The notes under the pieces are model-generated. The model saw nothing but the letters and a program-made list of their open reading frames with translations, was not told where the DNA came from and did no database searches. Position numbers and translations under genes: made by a program. A DNA stretch of 64,000 nucleotides from Tubulanus polymorphus (lineage: Eukaryota; Animalia; Nemertea): contig NC_134027.1 of the NCBI RefSeq assembly GCF_964204645.1, forward strand, positions 9,332,485 to 9,396,484, read 5' to 3'. Positions 35,901-49,500 of this stretch are shown piece after piece (within the stretch, counting starts at the first letter, position 1; every line of letters begins with the position of its first letter).

Positions 35901-38900
35901 GAGATGGCTGAGTAGTCACCGTGGCTATATATTCTTGGAATCTTAGAAAAATGTACATTTTACTCTGTAACTGGATTTTTGTTTATGTAGGGTATTCATA
36001 TATTACGTATAGGTAGTATTCATGTATCAATAGTCAATATACCATCCAAGATGGCTATGTGGTGGCCATCTTTGATTAAAAAAATGTTGGCCTGTAACAT
36101 TGAATTTATTTCATAAGCAATGATTTCTCCAATGAATTGATTCATTTTTTGTGAATAACTGATGAAAAACCAAAGCAATTAAAAAAGAAACCAATGTTAT
36201 TGCTTGGTTTTTATTGGGATGTCCGGGAATGTGCTTGCGCTTGCAAGGCAGTTTCTGATTCGATTTCTGACCACTAATGTTAAGAAAGCCATCTTAATTA
36301 TGTCTGATAATTATTCCTGATGGATAAGCTTGCTTTATCATGTCTAAGACACGCACAAGTTCGTGCAAAAAGCATTATAATCTGTTTGTGGATAGAGAAA
36401 AAAGGTATGTAACTATTCAGGATGCGCAGAAATAAGATTGGATAACAACCAAATGGGTTGGATCTGCCTGAAAGCTTGAATGCAATAAGGTCTATCAATA
36501 ACACTATGAAGTGTGTTATCAAGATACAACATATTTATTCTTATGTGATGACGATATATTTTTCCTTTGATAGAAATCGTACAAAATCTTTAGTTTTGAG
36601 TAGGTTTAAATTGTATCTACAGTTTTCTATTTGTGGAAATTGCCCCTAAACTGCTCTGTTCAAAAATCAAAATTAACTGAACTGGTATTCAGGTTTTGAT
36701 GGATGGTTTTGGAAAGGTTGAGGATTTTCATGCCATTACACCTATTTCTCATCCATGAGTGGGGAACACTGGTGTTCCTGCAATTTAACCTAAAAAAGGC
36801 ATCCAATACGCGGCTTGTATCAAATGTTAAATCGTTATACACTATTATCAAATGAATTGATAAGAATAGCTTCATAACAGGACAGTAACATGTGGACAGA
36901 TGTATGCATATGATTTTGTATACCGCTATAGCCAATCTACAGCTGTTATGTACTACAAACACGTGTTGGCGCCATTTTTGTGCATTTTCACAGCTTTTCT
37001 AAAAATGATGTCGCCATAAATTTCTGTCCGTTAGTGCTCATCGACAGAAAAAAGTATCTAAAAGATAGACGCAAATTGGGAATCCTCCCAATTTTCAAAT
37101 AGCTTGTGAACGAAAAGGCTACAAAAAAAAGAATTGCATTCATTCCTTATGGTATCTTTTCAGGAATTTCCTCAACTTTGTTACCGAAGAATTAAAAGAT
37201 CCATTTGTAAATCTACCGCGAGCTATTTATATCAGTATACCGATCGTGACGTCAATCTACTGTCTAGCAAATGTAGCCTACTTCAGCGTATTGTCCAAAT
37301 ATGACATCATGGAATCAACAGCAGTGGCAGTTGTTAGTATAAAATACTATTGAATTTATTCTAAAAATATCAGAACCCACTATTCTGCAGATATATATCA
37401 GTATCTATTATTTTGATTATGATTAACGTATATGCCTTAAAATTTACAGTCGTTTGGTGGTAAAGTGTTCTCATTCATGGCATGGATAATACCAGTTTTT
37501 GTATCGCTATCCTGTTTCGGAAGTGTGAACGGTCTGCTGTTTACCTCAGGAAGGTATGTACCGGTAATTCGATGACTCGTGTGTGTGCAAGTGTCAATAT
37601 TTACATGTTGATACCAAGTAAGGAGGTAGTTTACTGAAGGTTTCATTTCAGGCCCGGTTAAATGAGGCAATTTGTATCAAAAATTCCACCCTAGTGTGTT
37701 GAACAACAGGAATACCACTATAGTGCGCCTACACTGCGGCGCTGTGTATCGTTAGTTACAAGTATTTCACTATGTTTGACACGTGCTGCCATTTTTCAAG
37801 AGAGATAATTACTAATTACATCAATACACCGCAGTGCGGTGTACTAGCAAAATCTATCACTGATTTATTCACCGCACTGCGGTGTAGACGCACTGAAAGG
37901 GTTAAACTGAAAAAACTCTAAAAAAGAGTTACAATACTAACTATACCTACATGTCGAGCAGTCTATACCAACTGTAAAATATCATAATAATTCTCTATGT
38001 GCTTGTTCGTGGAATTATTTCAGGCTATTTTTCGTCGGTGGACGCGAAGGTCATCTGCCTGGATTCTTGTCAATGATTCACCTACGGCGTTATACTCCGA
38101 TGCCGGCTCTGCTGTTTACTGTAAGTGTCAACTAATGAACGATTTCATCGAACATATTTCAGGTTATTCTTCGTCGGAGCTAGAGAGGGCCATTTGCCGG
38201 CCGCGTTGGCCATGATCCACGTGCGTCGTTGCACGCCGATGGCCGCCTTACTGTTCACTGTAAGTCATTCGGATTCAGGAGTGAGGACTTGAGCTGCCGG
38301 CTTGCTTAACGTGCAGCATCACTCGCCTTGGGTCCTGTAATGATCATTGCTGCATGAATTTCTAACGGATAGTACAGTATTGTCATAGATTGCATGCAGA
38401 ACCCTATGCCTGAAATTTGCATTTGATAGTTTCGTGCCGTTTTCAACTAGGAGAACAAACTTGTACTAGCATGAAACCGAAGACCCTATGGGCATACTTA
38501 ACGACCGTGATTACCATTCAGAATGACTGTTTTGATGATATTCAGTGTAATGACTGTGACAGATTTTCACATGATATTCACTACGCGTTAATTATGCTTG
38601 CATTTTGTGTATGAATTCCATCCTTTGGGATGCATGATTAATCAAAAATGTTTTGAAACCATGAATGTATCATATTCCTTAGTATCCATGTATTGGTAAT
38701 AGAGGGAGTTAGTGCTGCTACTGCTATGAATACTGGTTATTAGCCTAGTTAGTTCCAAAAACCTAGCATCCTACTGGGTTAAGCTAGATTTCATGGATTT
38801 GACCCTCCTATATGAAATATGGTATAGCATTGATCCATGCAACCACTTAACAACCAGTGTGATAATTCACCCTTATGTCCAAAAACCGACTTTACTTTTT

Positions 38901-39548
38901 CCTTTTTTAGGGTTTGATGTCTCTTATCATGTTGACATCGGGTGAAATATTTGCGCTATTAAACTATATGAGTTTTGCGCAGTGGCTGTCAGTCGGAGCG
39001 TCGATCGCTGGTATGGTATATTTAAGATACAAACGTCCAGAAATGAAACGGCCAATTAAGGTAATTACTGTAACATTAAATCCAGCTTAATTATCACGAG
39101 AGACTCGTCATTTGAATTGTCTGTAGGTTTCTAATGTTGATTACTTTTTCGTTGCAGTACCCGCTTATCATACCGATTTTGTTCCTGTTAGCCGTACTGT
39201 TCTTGCTGATAGTTCCATTATTTGCTGCTCCACGCGATACTGGAATTGGCCTACTAATAATATGCTCTGGTATCCCTGTTTACTGGCTAGGTGTCAGTTG
39301 GAAACGAAAACCGAAAGCCTTCACTAGATTTGTCGGTAAGTTTGTTATACAATATCGAAAATTCAAATGTACATGATATATTGAGAATAAGTGAGAATTG
39401 TTGTTTCTCCCTTGAAGAATTTGCCAGAAGACTGCATTCCATAGCATGGATAATTTGCTGAACCGAGAATGTTATTTTTTGTGAACTTTCAGATAAAGCG
39501 ACAAAAAGATTACAGCAATTGTTACTGGTAGTTCCTCAAGAAGATTAG
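26983..39548 (+). CDS. SLC7-family L-type amino acid transporter light chain (LAT/y+LAT-like), 488 aa, 11 exons
   Basis: Exons 26983-27174, 28230-28388, 28557-28692, 32085-32210, 33414-33513, 37164-37332, 37450-37553, 38024-38120 (or 38163-38259), 38911-39060, 39158-39335, 39493-39548; 1467 nt. Motifs [35 protein letters not shown] (heavy-chain disulfide Cys), [33 protein letters not shown]. The exact SLC7A ortholog cannot be assigned by eye. Confidence 0.95.
31620..31872. mobile_element. Harbinger-like MITE relative (24163 family)
   Basis: Ends GTGTGATTGCGGCTA (reverse complement of TAGCCGCAATCACAC at 35082); internal GCCCAAATTGGCCC; left boundary approximate. Confidence 0.55.
33264..33357 (+). 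repeat. 94-bp dispersed direct repeat, copy 1 (copy 2 at 43678-43771)
   Basis: TTACATGAGATTGCAATGATTTCTGC...CTCAAGTCAAAAGGG; two mismatches between copies by eye. Confidence 0.9.
35082..35270. mobile_element. Harbinger-like MITE relative (24163 family)
   Basis: TAGCCGCAATCA ... TGATCACGGCTA inverted termini; internal TTGGCCCGGGCCAAA. Confidence 0.6.
37711..37905. mobile_element. Small inverted-repeat element ending in GGG-TTAA (piggyBac-like MITE) in SLC7 intron 7
   Basis: AGTGCGCCTACACTGCGGCGC near the left end is inverted relative to GCACTGCGGTGTAGACGCACTGAAAGGGTTAA at the right end; left terminus decayed. Confidence 0.45.
38163..38259 (+). CDS. Alternative duplicated exon 8b of the SLC7 gene (mutually exclusive with 38024-38120)
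   Basis: tttcag|G TTA TTC TTC GTC GGA GCT AGA GAG GGC CAT...CTG TTC ACT|gtaagt; 97 nt, same phases as 8a; [32 protein letters not shown]. Confidence 0.88.
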
Positions 39549-40744
39549 AGACCGGTATATCATCATAAGCACCATCTCAACATACAACCTAGACGTAAAG
39601 AATGTGCAATGCAAAATGTCAGTTGAAATTCGGATCTGTCTTCTCCCATAATGGAAAAAAGGCATCAATTTTTATAAGACCTACTGATGTCAACATTCAG
39701 GATTATGATATGTCAAGGTGCCTTTATCAACTACTGATTCCGTGCTCAGGATTTCGGGCTAAAGAGCTTTTTTCATCGATGCTTTGTATGTCTTGTTTCC
39801 AAACTTTGCATATACATGTACCTTGTCCGCGGAGCATTACGTGATTGAAATGATGCATTTAAAATCTATAGGTGAAGATTTTTTCGAAGAAAATGCATGT
39901 GGCAGTCTATTTCATATGTTTGTAAAAGATTCTCATCTTGCATAATATAGCAGTAACTGACACATACAAGATTTGTTAGTAGGAATTATATTTGGTTTCG
40001 AATCATTCATCTGTAGTATAGAGTTCAACGAACCGGGTGATTATCAATGATAATGAAACAAAGGAATCTCATTCATTCACATCTTATTTTTTCTGGAAGA
40101 GCACCTTTTCCGTCGCTATTTTGAGTTTCAAGTCAAAGCTCTAAAAAGTTACCCAATAAGCCTGCCATGTATGTTGATATATACTTTAAGAAATAATTGC
40201 GAGTGACAACGATATTCATTTTCAAATATTTATGCCAAGATCAATTTTACCTAGGTTAACTTATGTGAGGGTTATGCGAATGTATTATGCCAGGGGAATG
40301 AGCCAACATATTGTAATAAATGGAATGTTTATATGATCGTGTGTATTTATGTGATAATCATATTTTTGAATGAGTTGATAATTTTTTTAAAGAAGATTAT
40401 TGCACCGAGCGAACTTTCATACTACAGGTATTTATAAGTATGATAGCGTGCTAGATTATTGGTGATAGGATTTCTAGCTATGCTTCGATCCTGCTGTGGA
40501 ACTTCACAAATTGAACTAGTTCCATTCGATAAATGTTTCTGCTGTGCCTTGAATCAAGATATAGCTTTTGAGATATAGGAATTTTCTTTGAGCTAAAATT
40601 CAAAGATTTCATTTTAGACTCTTATCAATCAATGCCAACTTTGTAAGAATAACCTGGTCACAAAGTTGTTACGCTGATAGTATAAGTGTGTTATGATGAT
40701 AATATATGTGTTAAGTTAATAAATGTTAAAGACATATGCCTATG

Positions 40745-41046
40745 CAGGGGCGGGCCGATGATTTTGCCGATGATTATATTTTTGAAAATGTACTTGTGAT
40801 CAACTATGAAACAACTGCGTCTACAACATTATAATCCGTAACATTTGTAAATGAAGTGTCTCGATCGACCTGAATCATGATACTGGAAAATTATCAGTCT
40901 CAAATAGCCCCAGAGCCTTCAAAATCCAACCATTTAAAAAAGATTTCTGCGAGGAAGACCCTTGAGCCCCTTGAAAAAAATTGGCATGAATCTTTCTCGT
41001 AGTTAACGCCTTGTGGCGTCAGTCGACTTGCTTCCACCGGCCCCTG
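40745..41046. mobile_element. CAGGGGC-terminated MITE-like element downstream of SLC7
   Basis: CAGGGGCGGG ... CCGGCCCCTG inverted termini, ~300 bp, non-coding. Confidence 0.5.
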
Positions 41047-43677
41047 CTGCGATGATATTTATTGCAATAAATTTATATGGATCATTACCTCGCTTAAATT
41101 ATAGTCGGCACTATCCTAAAACTACCTTAAGGGATTTTCTGCAACCTTGACCTTTCAAAACTGCGCCTTGTCTTTAAAATTTTGAACTCCTTTAATTATG
41201 TTAGTTGATCAAAAGAAGTGTAGCGTACTTATAATAAATAGTTGATGTGATCAATGATAATGATGCTGAATCGGTATCAGGTCTTTCTGAATAAAAAGAA
41301 TTGACGTTTCTTAAGGTTAAGTAATCTTTCGAAGATAAATTCAAGCAATTTACAATTACTTTCAAAAATTTACTGATGCTGCTTATGTTTTTGTCAGTTA
41401 GTATAATAATAAATGGCTTACAAAATGTCAGGTGTGTCTATGACTGTACCTAGCATTAATATGTTATAGTATTCTTCTTTCTTATAAGATTGTTTTACAT
41501 GCATGTATCTCCTCATTTATGTTGTATCTGTACCATGGGGTTTCAAGGTTGTCTCATCTAAACAACGGAATTATGATTGTGAAATTGTTTTGACAAATTA
41601 TTGTAGTAGATTACCAAACTGTGGTTACTTCATCGTGGTCAGTTATTTTAGATTTTAAAGCAATATCAGTGTATGAAAGCCAATAATTTACTATTTTACA
41701 AATAAAAATGTTTCCTGTCAATCTCACATATTTACAATGGAAAAGAAATATTGTCTTTTCTAGTACAGTTTACATGGTATATATTGCCTAAATCAACTAT
41801 GGGACAATGTTTTAATGGTACGTATATATTCTTAGCTTCAAATAACTAAAAGGTATAGATTTGTATTTTATATGAAGTAAATTTTATTTGAGTACATTTT
41901 GTTTTTTCTTGTTTCAAGTCCAGTCTATCAAATTCTTCAAATTTACCATTCTTGTTTTGCTATTTTGATTAGATTGTATGTAAATCTGTCTTCCAATTTC
42001 AAACACTCAGAAATTGAATGTAGTTGGTAAATGTCTTTAGGTTGTGGTTTTAGGATTCAAACTATAGTAAAAATGGGCTTAAATCTAGGATAAGTCTCAA
42101 ACATGGTACATTAAAAGTCTAAAAATGAATGATATATTAAGTGAATGCATTTTTCTGTAATATTTCAAAGCTGCTTTTTCCTTGCTATCTGGAGGCTCTA
42201 CATGTTGAGTCTTACTTAGTTGGATTTTGGATTGCAAGAAAACTACGCCGGGCTAAAATTCTGCCAAGGTAACCATGACTGAGCACTCATGTCATTTGAC
42301 CGATGCAGGGCCATTGTATGAGAACCATGTTGGACCTGCAGAATTTATCTTATGATGTATTCCTTTAAGATGCGTTTATGTAAAAATGTCATATAAGTAC
42401 AACAACAGTGTTACACCCAATAACAGGATGTTTACCTTGCCTGTTAAAGTACCACTTGCTATTAGTACGTACTGTAGTTACCAGTATACCAAGTAAGCTT
42501 CACTAGTCTCAACTGAAACACGGTTACTGGAAAACTGAAATATTTCTGATTGCTCCATTGTGAATATAATAGCCTTGGGTTGATAATGATATGTACGAAT
42601 GATCTCTATCTGACCAGGGTAAAGAATGCTCGCCATAAAAACTTTTTTAAAAAAATGTGTTACAAGTTCATACTCGAGTGTATGTGGTATGGACAAAATG
42701 CATGTACTGATGAAACTGATATTTGTATGCTAAGAAGTTCTATGTACCGTGATCAGAAATATCTAAAGTGAAAATTATATGATATTGATATTAGAGTACA
42801 GATCTCCTCTGGATTTTATCCAACTTTGAGTGTCGCGTTAAGCTAAGTCTCGACGCCATCAGGCTCGAATACCTACTGAGGGTGGATGCGTATGGTTGGG
42901 GACTGAGTTAACATCTTTGCTTGCTTCATCGACCAAAACTTAAGTTCAACATGGAAGCACCCTAGTGTCTATGTACGGTAATGATGGTTATTGTGTGTTA
43001 TAATATCATGCGAGGTCCTTTGCCACTCATATGATCCATTTGTTCAATGACAAATTCATCGATGTTTTCATCATATTCTATTGGGTTTCTTCTCGGTACA
43101 GGACGAGTTATTTCTTACTTAGCTGCCTACGCATACTCGACTGCATGTGTATAATTTGAATGTAGCTTTTAATGTTCTTTGTTTGCCATAATTAAGATAA
43201 TTGAAATGTGTGTACCGTTACTTTGTGATGTATGATTTAATGTACAGTAGTTCTATTAATGTGATATATTCATTGTACATCGACATCGTGGATAATAAAA
43301 CATTAGTATATATATCATACATGATGTACTATTTGTCGTTTTTCTTCGCATCTGGTCATGGAGAAAAGAAGATATCATGGAAATTATGCAGTTGAACAGG
43401 GTGGCCACTTATCTGGAAATCAGGGAAATTTCTTTTCTTGAAAAAAATTCAGAGAATTTTGTAAAAAAGCGAAGTCAGAGAAATTTTTGTTGAGATTGCG
43501 CATAAAAAATCAGTTACCATCTCTTATGTCTTACATATTTGACTGTTAATTCATTGGATTCTTGGCAGTCTGTCAAGGAAAACTAAACGCATGTCAGGAA
43601 AAAGGCAAGTTAAATGAGAGTGGCCATGCTGTGGAACTACACATTTTCATCGCTCTGATGGTTTGTTACCATGTCAG

Positions 43678-43771
43678 TTACATGAGATTGCAATGATTTC
43701 TGCTAAGGTTGGCTCAAATTTGGATGATGCAAAGCCACTGACTAAATCGTCAAAACCTCAAGTCAAAAGGG
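43678..43771 (+). repeat. 94-bp dispersed direct repeat, copy 2
   Basis: Near-identical to 33264-33357. Confidence 0.9.
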
Positions 43772-46560
43772 AAACCAGCAGCTACTACTTGCTGTTGCGG
43801 CACCTTCCCGCTCATTCATTGGTCTTGTATTGAATATCCTAAAATTTCCATTTCAGAAAGAAGAACTATCAGATGTAGCATTTAGACAAAAGAAAACTGT
43901 ACAAAACCATATCTGACTAACAAACACATGCTTTTATTTTGCCTTCATACATTTGATAAATAGTGGACAGAGCATGGACGGGGATACGGGTGGGATGGTG
44001 CTTGGACGGGGCTGGGTGATAGCTGTATTCAACCAGTTACAGGTTGCATATTTTACACATTGCAGGCAAATAATACTAAGTCATCCAAAGCAATCAACTT
44101 CAACAGATAAAAACAGCACAGGTTTGGCAATCAGCAGATACTGTGTATGTACTCCTGATACATAACTGAAAGAGGAATTCAAGCTAAAAACTGAAGTCAA
44201 AATGCTCAAATCAAACCCAACGACTCAAAGCATTTTTATATAACATTTTTTGTTTATAACCACATTTCTACAACATGTAACCAATCATGATATACCTATC
44301 ACCTTTAGCTTGTAGTTAACCTTTTAAGGTCAAGAGCATAGGCTTCCACAAGGCAACATTATGTTAAACCATGGACATGCGTACATGGATAAACTAATCA
44401 TTTGTAGCTCAAGATCAAAGCTCTATGTATGGACATTTCATTGAAAGACGGGCAGAATAGACACCCCCAATATATCTAATTTTCTACATTTCTCACATCA
44501 AATTACATACCAGGTACGTTAAATACAACTGACTGAAACAGGCCTGCTGTCAGTTGGTGCATGCAAGAAAACACATAATTCATTCATCATATTCGAAAAT
44601 TACATCGAGAAAGAAATAAAGAAACCGCATTAATCAACTTCAACCGAAACACTTCACTATTGTTTCCGGCATCTAATTGGATGGAATGGTTGATGTTGCA
44701 GACGGGAAATATGGTTGAAATTCGTACGAAATTTGAATCGCCCAATGGAATGTTTTTGGTGAGTAGTACTGAATTGTGTTAATTATCTAATTTTGACAAG
44801 CATCGGTAGGTACACCTAACAAGCATAACATTATGATCGATGATGTAAAACAAACATTCAATACATACCTGACTACCTAATATCTCAAAATGTAGTTTGT
44901 GTGTTTCAAAGAAAAGATTACAGTATTTTGACTCCAAACAAAGTAGTTTCATTGAAAATGAACTAGAAATTATTTTGAGAGTATTTTGATATTTTTTAGA
45001 GTATTTGGGCTCTCAAAAAGAGTATAGACTACTCTTAACTTGTAGTCGTAGTCAGGTTTGTTCAATGCAAAAAATAACCTCTATATCACTTGCATTTTAG
45101 AACAGGATAAGCTGTCAACCCTGGGTTGAAATTGCATACAATTCTAGGTATTATGAATGCCTTATGCGATTAAGATCATTAAACTGCCAAATACTAGTTG
45201 CACAACAAACGTGTTAAAAATTTGATTAATGCCACGCTTAAGATAACTTAAAGCCAAATGCATGTTTGGCAACTTAGGGGCAATAAATCAAAACATACTG
45301 ATTATTAATTACCTGGGATACATAATACTTTTGACAAATAATTCCATAAATGCTAAAATTCTTTGGAAGATTTTGACGTAAATTTTCTATTTTGCATCAT
45401 ATAACGTAGTCACGACATGTAAGTGTTAAGAGAATACCAGTAGGTACCGTAGTATGCTAATACTATTCATTATTGTCGGAAAATAATCATTACAAAGCTC
45501 TTATTTCATTGAAAATTGCACACAGTCACTAGACAGATTATCAGAACAACCGCCTCTAATCTTAAGAAAATTAGTTGCAGTATACAGCGACTCAAACATG
45601 CATGTTTGGCACATTTTTGACAAGACATCAGGCCACAACCGAGATAAACGCTACTGGCTAACGTCATTTCTGTGTGTTTAGGATTGGAAGCAAAATTCAT
45701 AAACACTAATCCCTCCTTGTACAGAAGAAGTACGAGCCATATGAAACAACCAAAATCATTTGAGCCAATGAAGCATAAAAGCATGAATTCACATGCTTAA
45801 AGCAAGTTGATATTACATTTGTTTTCTTAATCGAAATAAGTTCAACTGATAGTATCCCTAGTAAGACCAGTCAATAATCAAATAAAATTTGTGACAGACT
45901 AGATATCATTTACGTGACAAAATGTTTAAGTGGATGTAGATTCAGTGAATGTTTGTGACTCCATGATGAATAAGGCCGCCGCCGCTGCTGCTGCTCTTTT
46001 TCAGCCTTAAAGCAATAAACATATTTTATGTTAGCACAAAACCTAAACCGTTCACAATAGAACATACATATTGTGTATATGAACATATCTGGTAAATGAG
46101 CACAATATCTTATGCGTAGGTCCCTCTCAGAAATGAACCAATTGCTTTAGTTATAAATATCAGGTAGCATTGAGCTTACGCGTAGAAAATAAGCTACCAG
46201 TATACTCAAAGTTTATTTACAAGAATACGAAATACAATTTTGTAAATATATTCCACTCCGAATATCATAGCCCGACACATCTTGAGAGTCCAGTTTTTCA
46301 ATGGTCAAAAGTGACGAGAAAACATTTAATCTTTGATGAATTAAGCCAACAGTTAATCATTGTGAAAAGGTAAATGTGACGATGGATGGTACATCGATAA
46401 CACTGTCCGAGTCATTCGTTGTAAACACTGCTGAAATTTCAAGAACTACAAGACTTGACGAAATTTATAGCCCCGGTTGGCAGACAACTTTCAGAACTAA
46501 TAGGTAAAGTACATCACTACAATTTATGTTCTGTTTTCAGCGTTTCAGATGTTCGAAGCA

Positions 46561-49500
46561 CTACAAATGCACGTCTGCCGATGTATCTTTCTCATATTCC
46601 GGTATGCCTTTATAAAAGTCCTTCCGTCGGAATATCCACGAAAGTCTCTTGAGCGATCGTGTGCTCTTCGTGCTGACCAAACTACCAGTCGGCGTCGCCA
46701 TCGGCAACCGAACCGGCGATCGGTGCAATGTCTCGATTTCCTGGCTACGTTGTTCCAGATAGTTTTCCAAAGGCGTCACTAATTTTAAAACGAGCAGCTC
46801 TCCACAATCTTTGATCATCGCCACAACCTCTTCGTGCGAACTCCATTTCGTATCTGTATCCCCAATGGCAACTATGAAATCTCCAACCCTCATTGAAGCT
46901 TTCTGTAAATGAGACATGAAAGGCTTTGCAAAATGTATCAAAAGTGAACGAAATTTTTCAGAAATTTTCATCAACAGAGTAGCCAACCAGTAGGCATTTT
47001 TACACAGTAACTTTAACCCTAAAGCCTAACTCGATTATCGGATTGTTAAGGAATTGGGACCAGTCACAGATTTTTCAGTCGGATTTTTCAATCTTTGTGA
47101 TGTGAATGTACTTAAGATCATTAAGCCTGTTCCCGGACTGAAGCCACAATCGTAAGGATCGGACATGTTCTATTTCTTACGATCAAAATTCATGATACAA
47201 ATTTGCAACTTTTCTTTTCTCATACATCATATATCAGGCCCACACTTACCTGCGCTATACTTCCTGTCTCGACCTCCGCTACGATAGCCGGCGCTCCGCC
47301 TCTCACGCTGAAACCATAATCCTGGGTATCCTGGGATTCTTGCGGTTTCATCAGGGAAATCATTCGCGGTGCCGACCAGTTCTGATTGGCATTGAAAATA
47401 CTCACAGGACCCTGAAAATCGCAGATACAATAAGCAACCCGAGAGAAATGAGGCAAATTAAATGCTGACGATTAAAAATAATATACGTACCAGGTCACGA
47501 AACAAATCTTGCACTTTATACTTCACTAGATCTATGCTTATTGGCTCTATTTTTTGTTGTGATTTTCCTGTAGGCAATAAAATGTAAATGTATATACCGG
47601 TAATAATTATAGCAAAAATATACACACTGCTACCATTACAGCTATAGAATACTCAACTACCTTGTATAGCGGGAACCTTGAGCAAATCAGAGAAGTCGTC
47701 CTCTTCTTCTAATTCAGAAAATTTGCTTAGAGATCTGAAGATAGAAATTAGGTAGGATTGGTCTCCCATAGGGTAAAATCAAGCACAGATTATCATCTAT
47801 CGGCTACCGGCCAGCTCCTATTGTGACACCAACAGCTAATTGAAACAGGGAAAATGTAGGGAAAAGTGATCAGAGAACTGTGGACCAAGAAACTCCTTGG
47901 CATGATTAGGAATATGGGATATTGACAAATTGAAGTTCTGGAATTTCTCGTTTGATGGCGCTAGTCAGAACTGGGAAATAGAACCTTTAACTGATAATTG
48001 ATAACCGTTCGTTTCTCTAGGATATCTAGGAGATTAAAGCTATTTGATTGGTCTAAAATAACACTTACCTATCGTGAGCGTATCGAAGCACCTCTTGGAA
48101 TGTATCGATTTTACGAAGCTGTTTACACAGGCCGTGTATTCGCAGCGCGTCTTCATGCTGCACGAGCGCCTCGCTGAGGTGGCCTTTGCCTGAAACGAGG
48201 TGCGTGATGGGATCTGAAAGAATCCGCATCGGTCGTCGGGAAAAAGAAGAGAGAGAGAGAGACAAGCGGTTAGTTAAAAAACATGCAGCAAACGCGGTAT
48301 TGCAAGCGATAAAAGCATGGGTCGATCATAGCTTCCGATACAGGATTCTATGCTATGAATTAATTCCATTATAAACCATTAATGGCATATAGACCCCCGA
48401 GATAATATGGTAAATGCAGATAAGAACTTCAAATCAAATATACCTATGTCACTATTGAGGCTATTGCAAGACGACTCAAATAAATATCTGCGGCATTTTA
48501 ACATGCAACGTTCTATGTTGGAGAGTGTATAATATATTGCAACATTAAATACAGATGAAGTTTATGATTCTCAATATTACAGCATAAATTTGATTACCCA
48601 ACTATAGGTAGATTGGGAATAATAGATCGATATTGTTATTCAATAGTGCACACAAGCATTCTGTAGATATTTGATGCAAAATCACATGGATTGTAATGTA
48701 TATTTAATTTAATAATCCTCTTGATTGAAAGAACTTCATGCATTGCAAATTCACTCGAGCATTCTAATGCCATATAGAATATTTCATGCTTCTTGCATCG
48801 AAAATATTTCAGTATATAACTTTAGAATTTGTATCAAAACTTTTCCATTATTTAATTCAACTTCGGTATTCAATCATACCTAATGCAGTTTTGTCCTCTT
48901 CAAACAGTTGCTTACTAGGATCCACCTGCCTGTAAAAAAATCCACGAATCAACACAAGCAGATGGATAAAATCTCCGTAGTTTTTTAAACGAGCTGATAT
49001 ATGCTGCATCAATTCCTACACAAAATGCGTTTTAAGTTTAGGTTTGTAACGTAAGTAATTCTTACTTATGTGAATCAGTGGTAGAATTGACATAAAGGCT
49101 ATGTGATGCCTTTCTTAGTTCATCTTCGTCATCAGAATCTACAAAATAACATGAAATGTTCATCGATACTATACACCATTCGTGTACATAAAGAGTAAAT
49201 CGAAGAGAAGGGAAAATCCAAATATAATACAAACCCTTTTTTTGAAGAATACCAATCGCTGTATAGTAATGCGACAACGCTCCGTAATGAAGAGCCTTGA
49301 CATGAACCATCGAAATCCAAGAAAAAGGCAGATATTCCTTCAATCTCGACTCGCTCATCAGTTCATATGTGTAATGGTACGCATGTGAAACCTGATAAAA
49401 AACGATCGGGTGTGAAATTAATTGACAAAGGAGACCAGAATCGCACACACACACACCGATAAGTACGATCGAGTACTTACAGCTGCGGCCTCTTGAGCAA

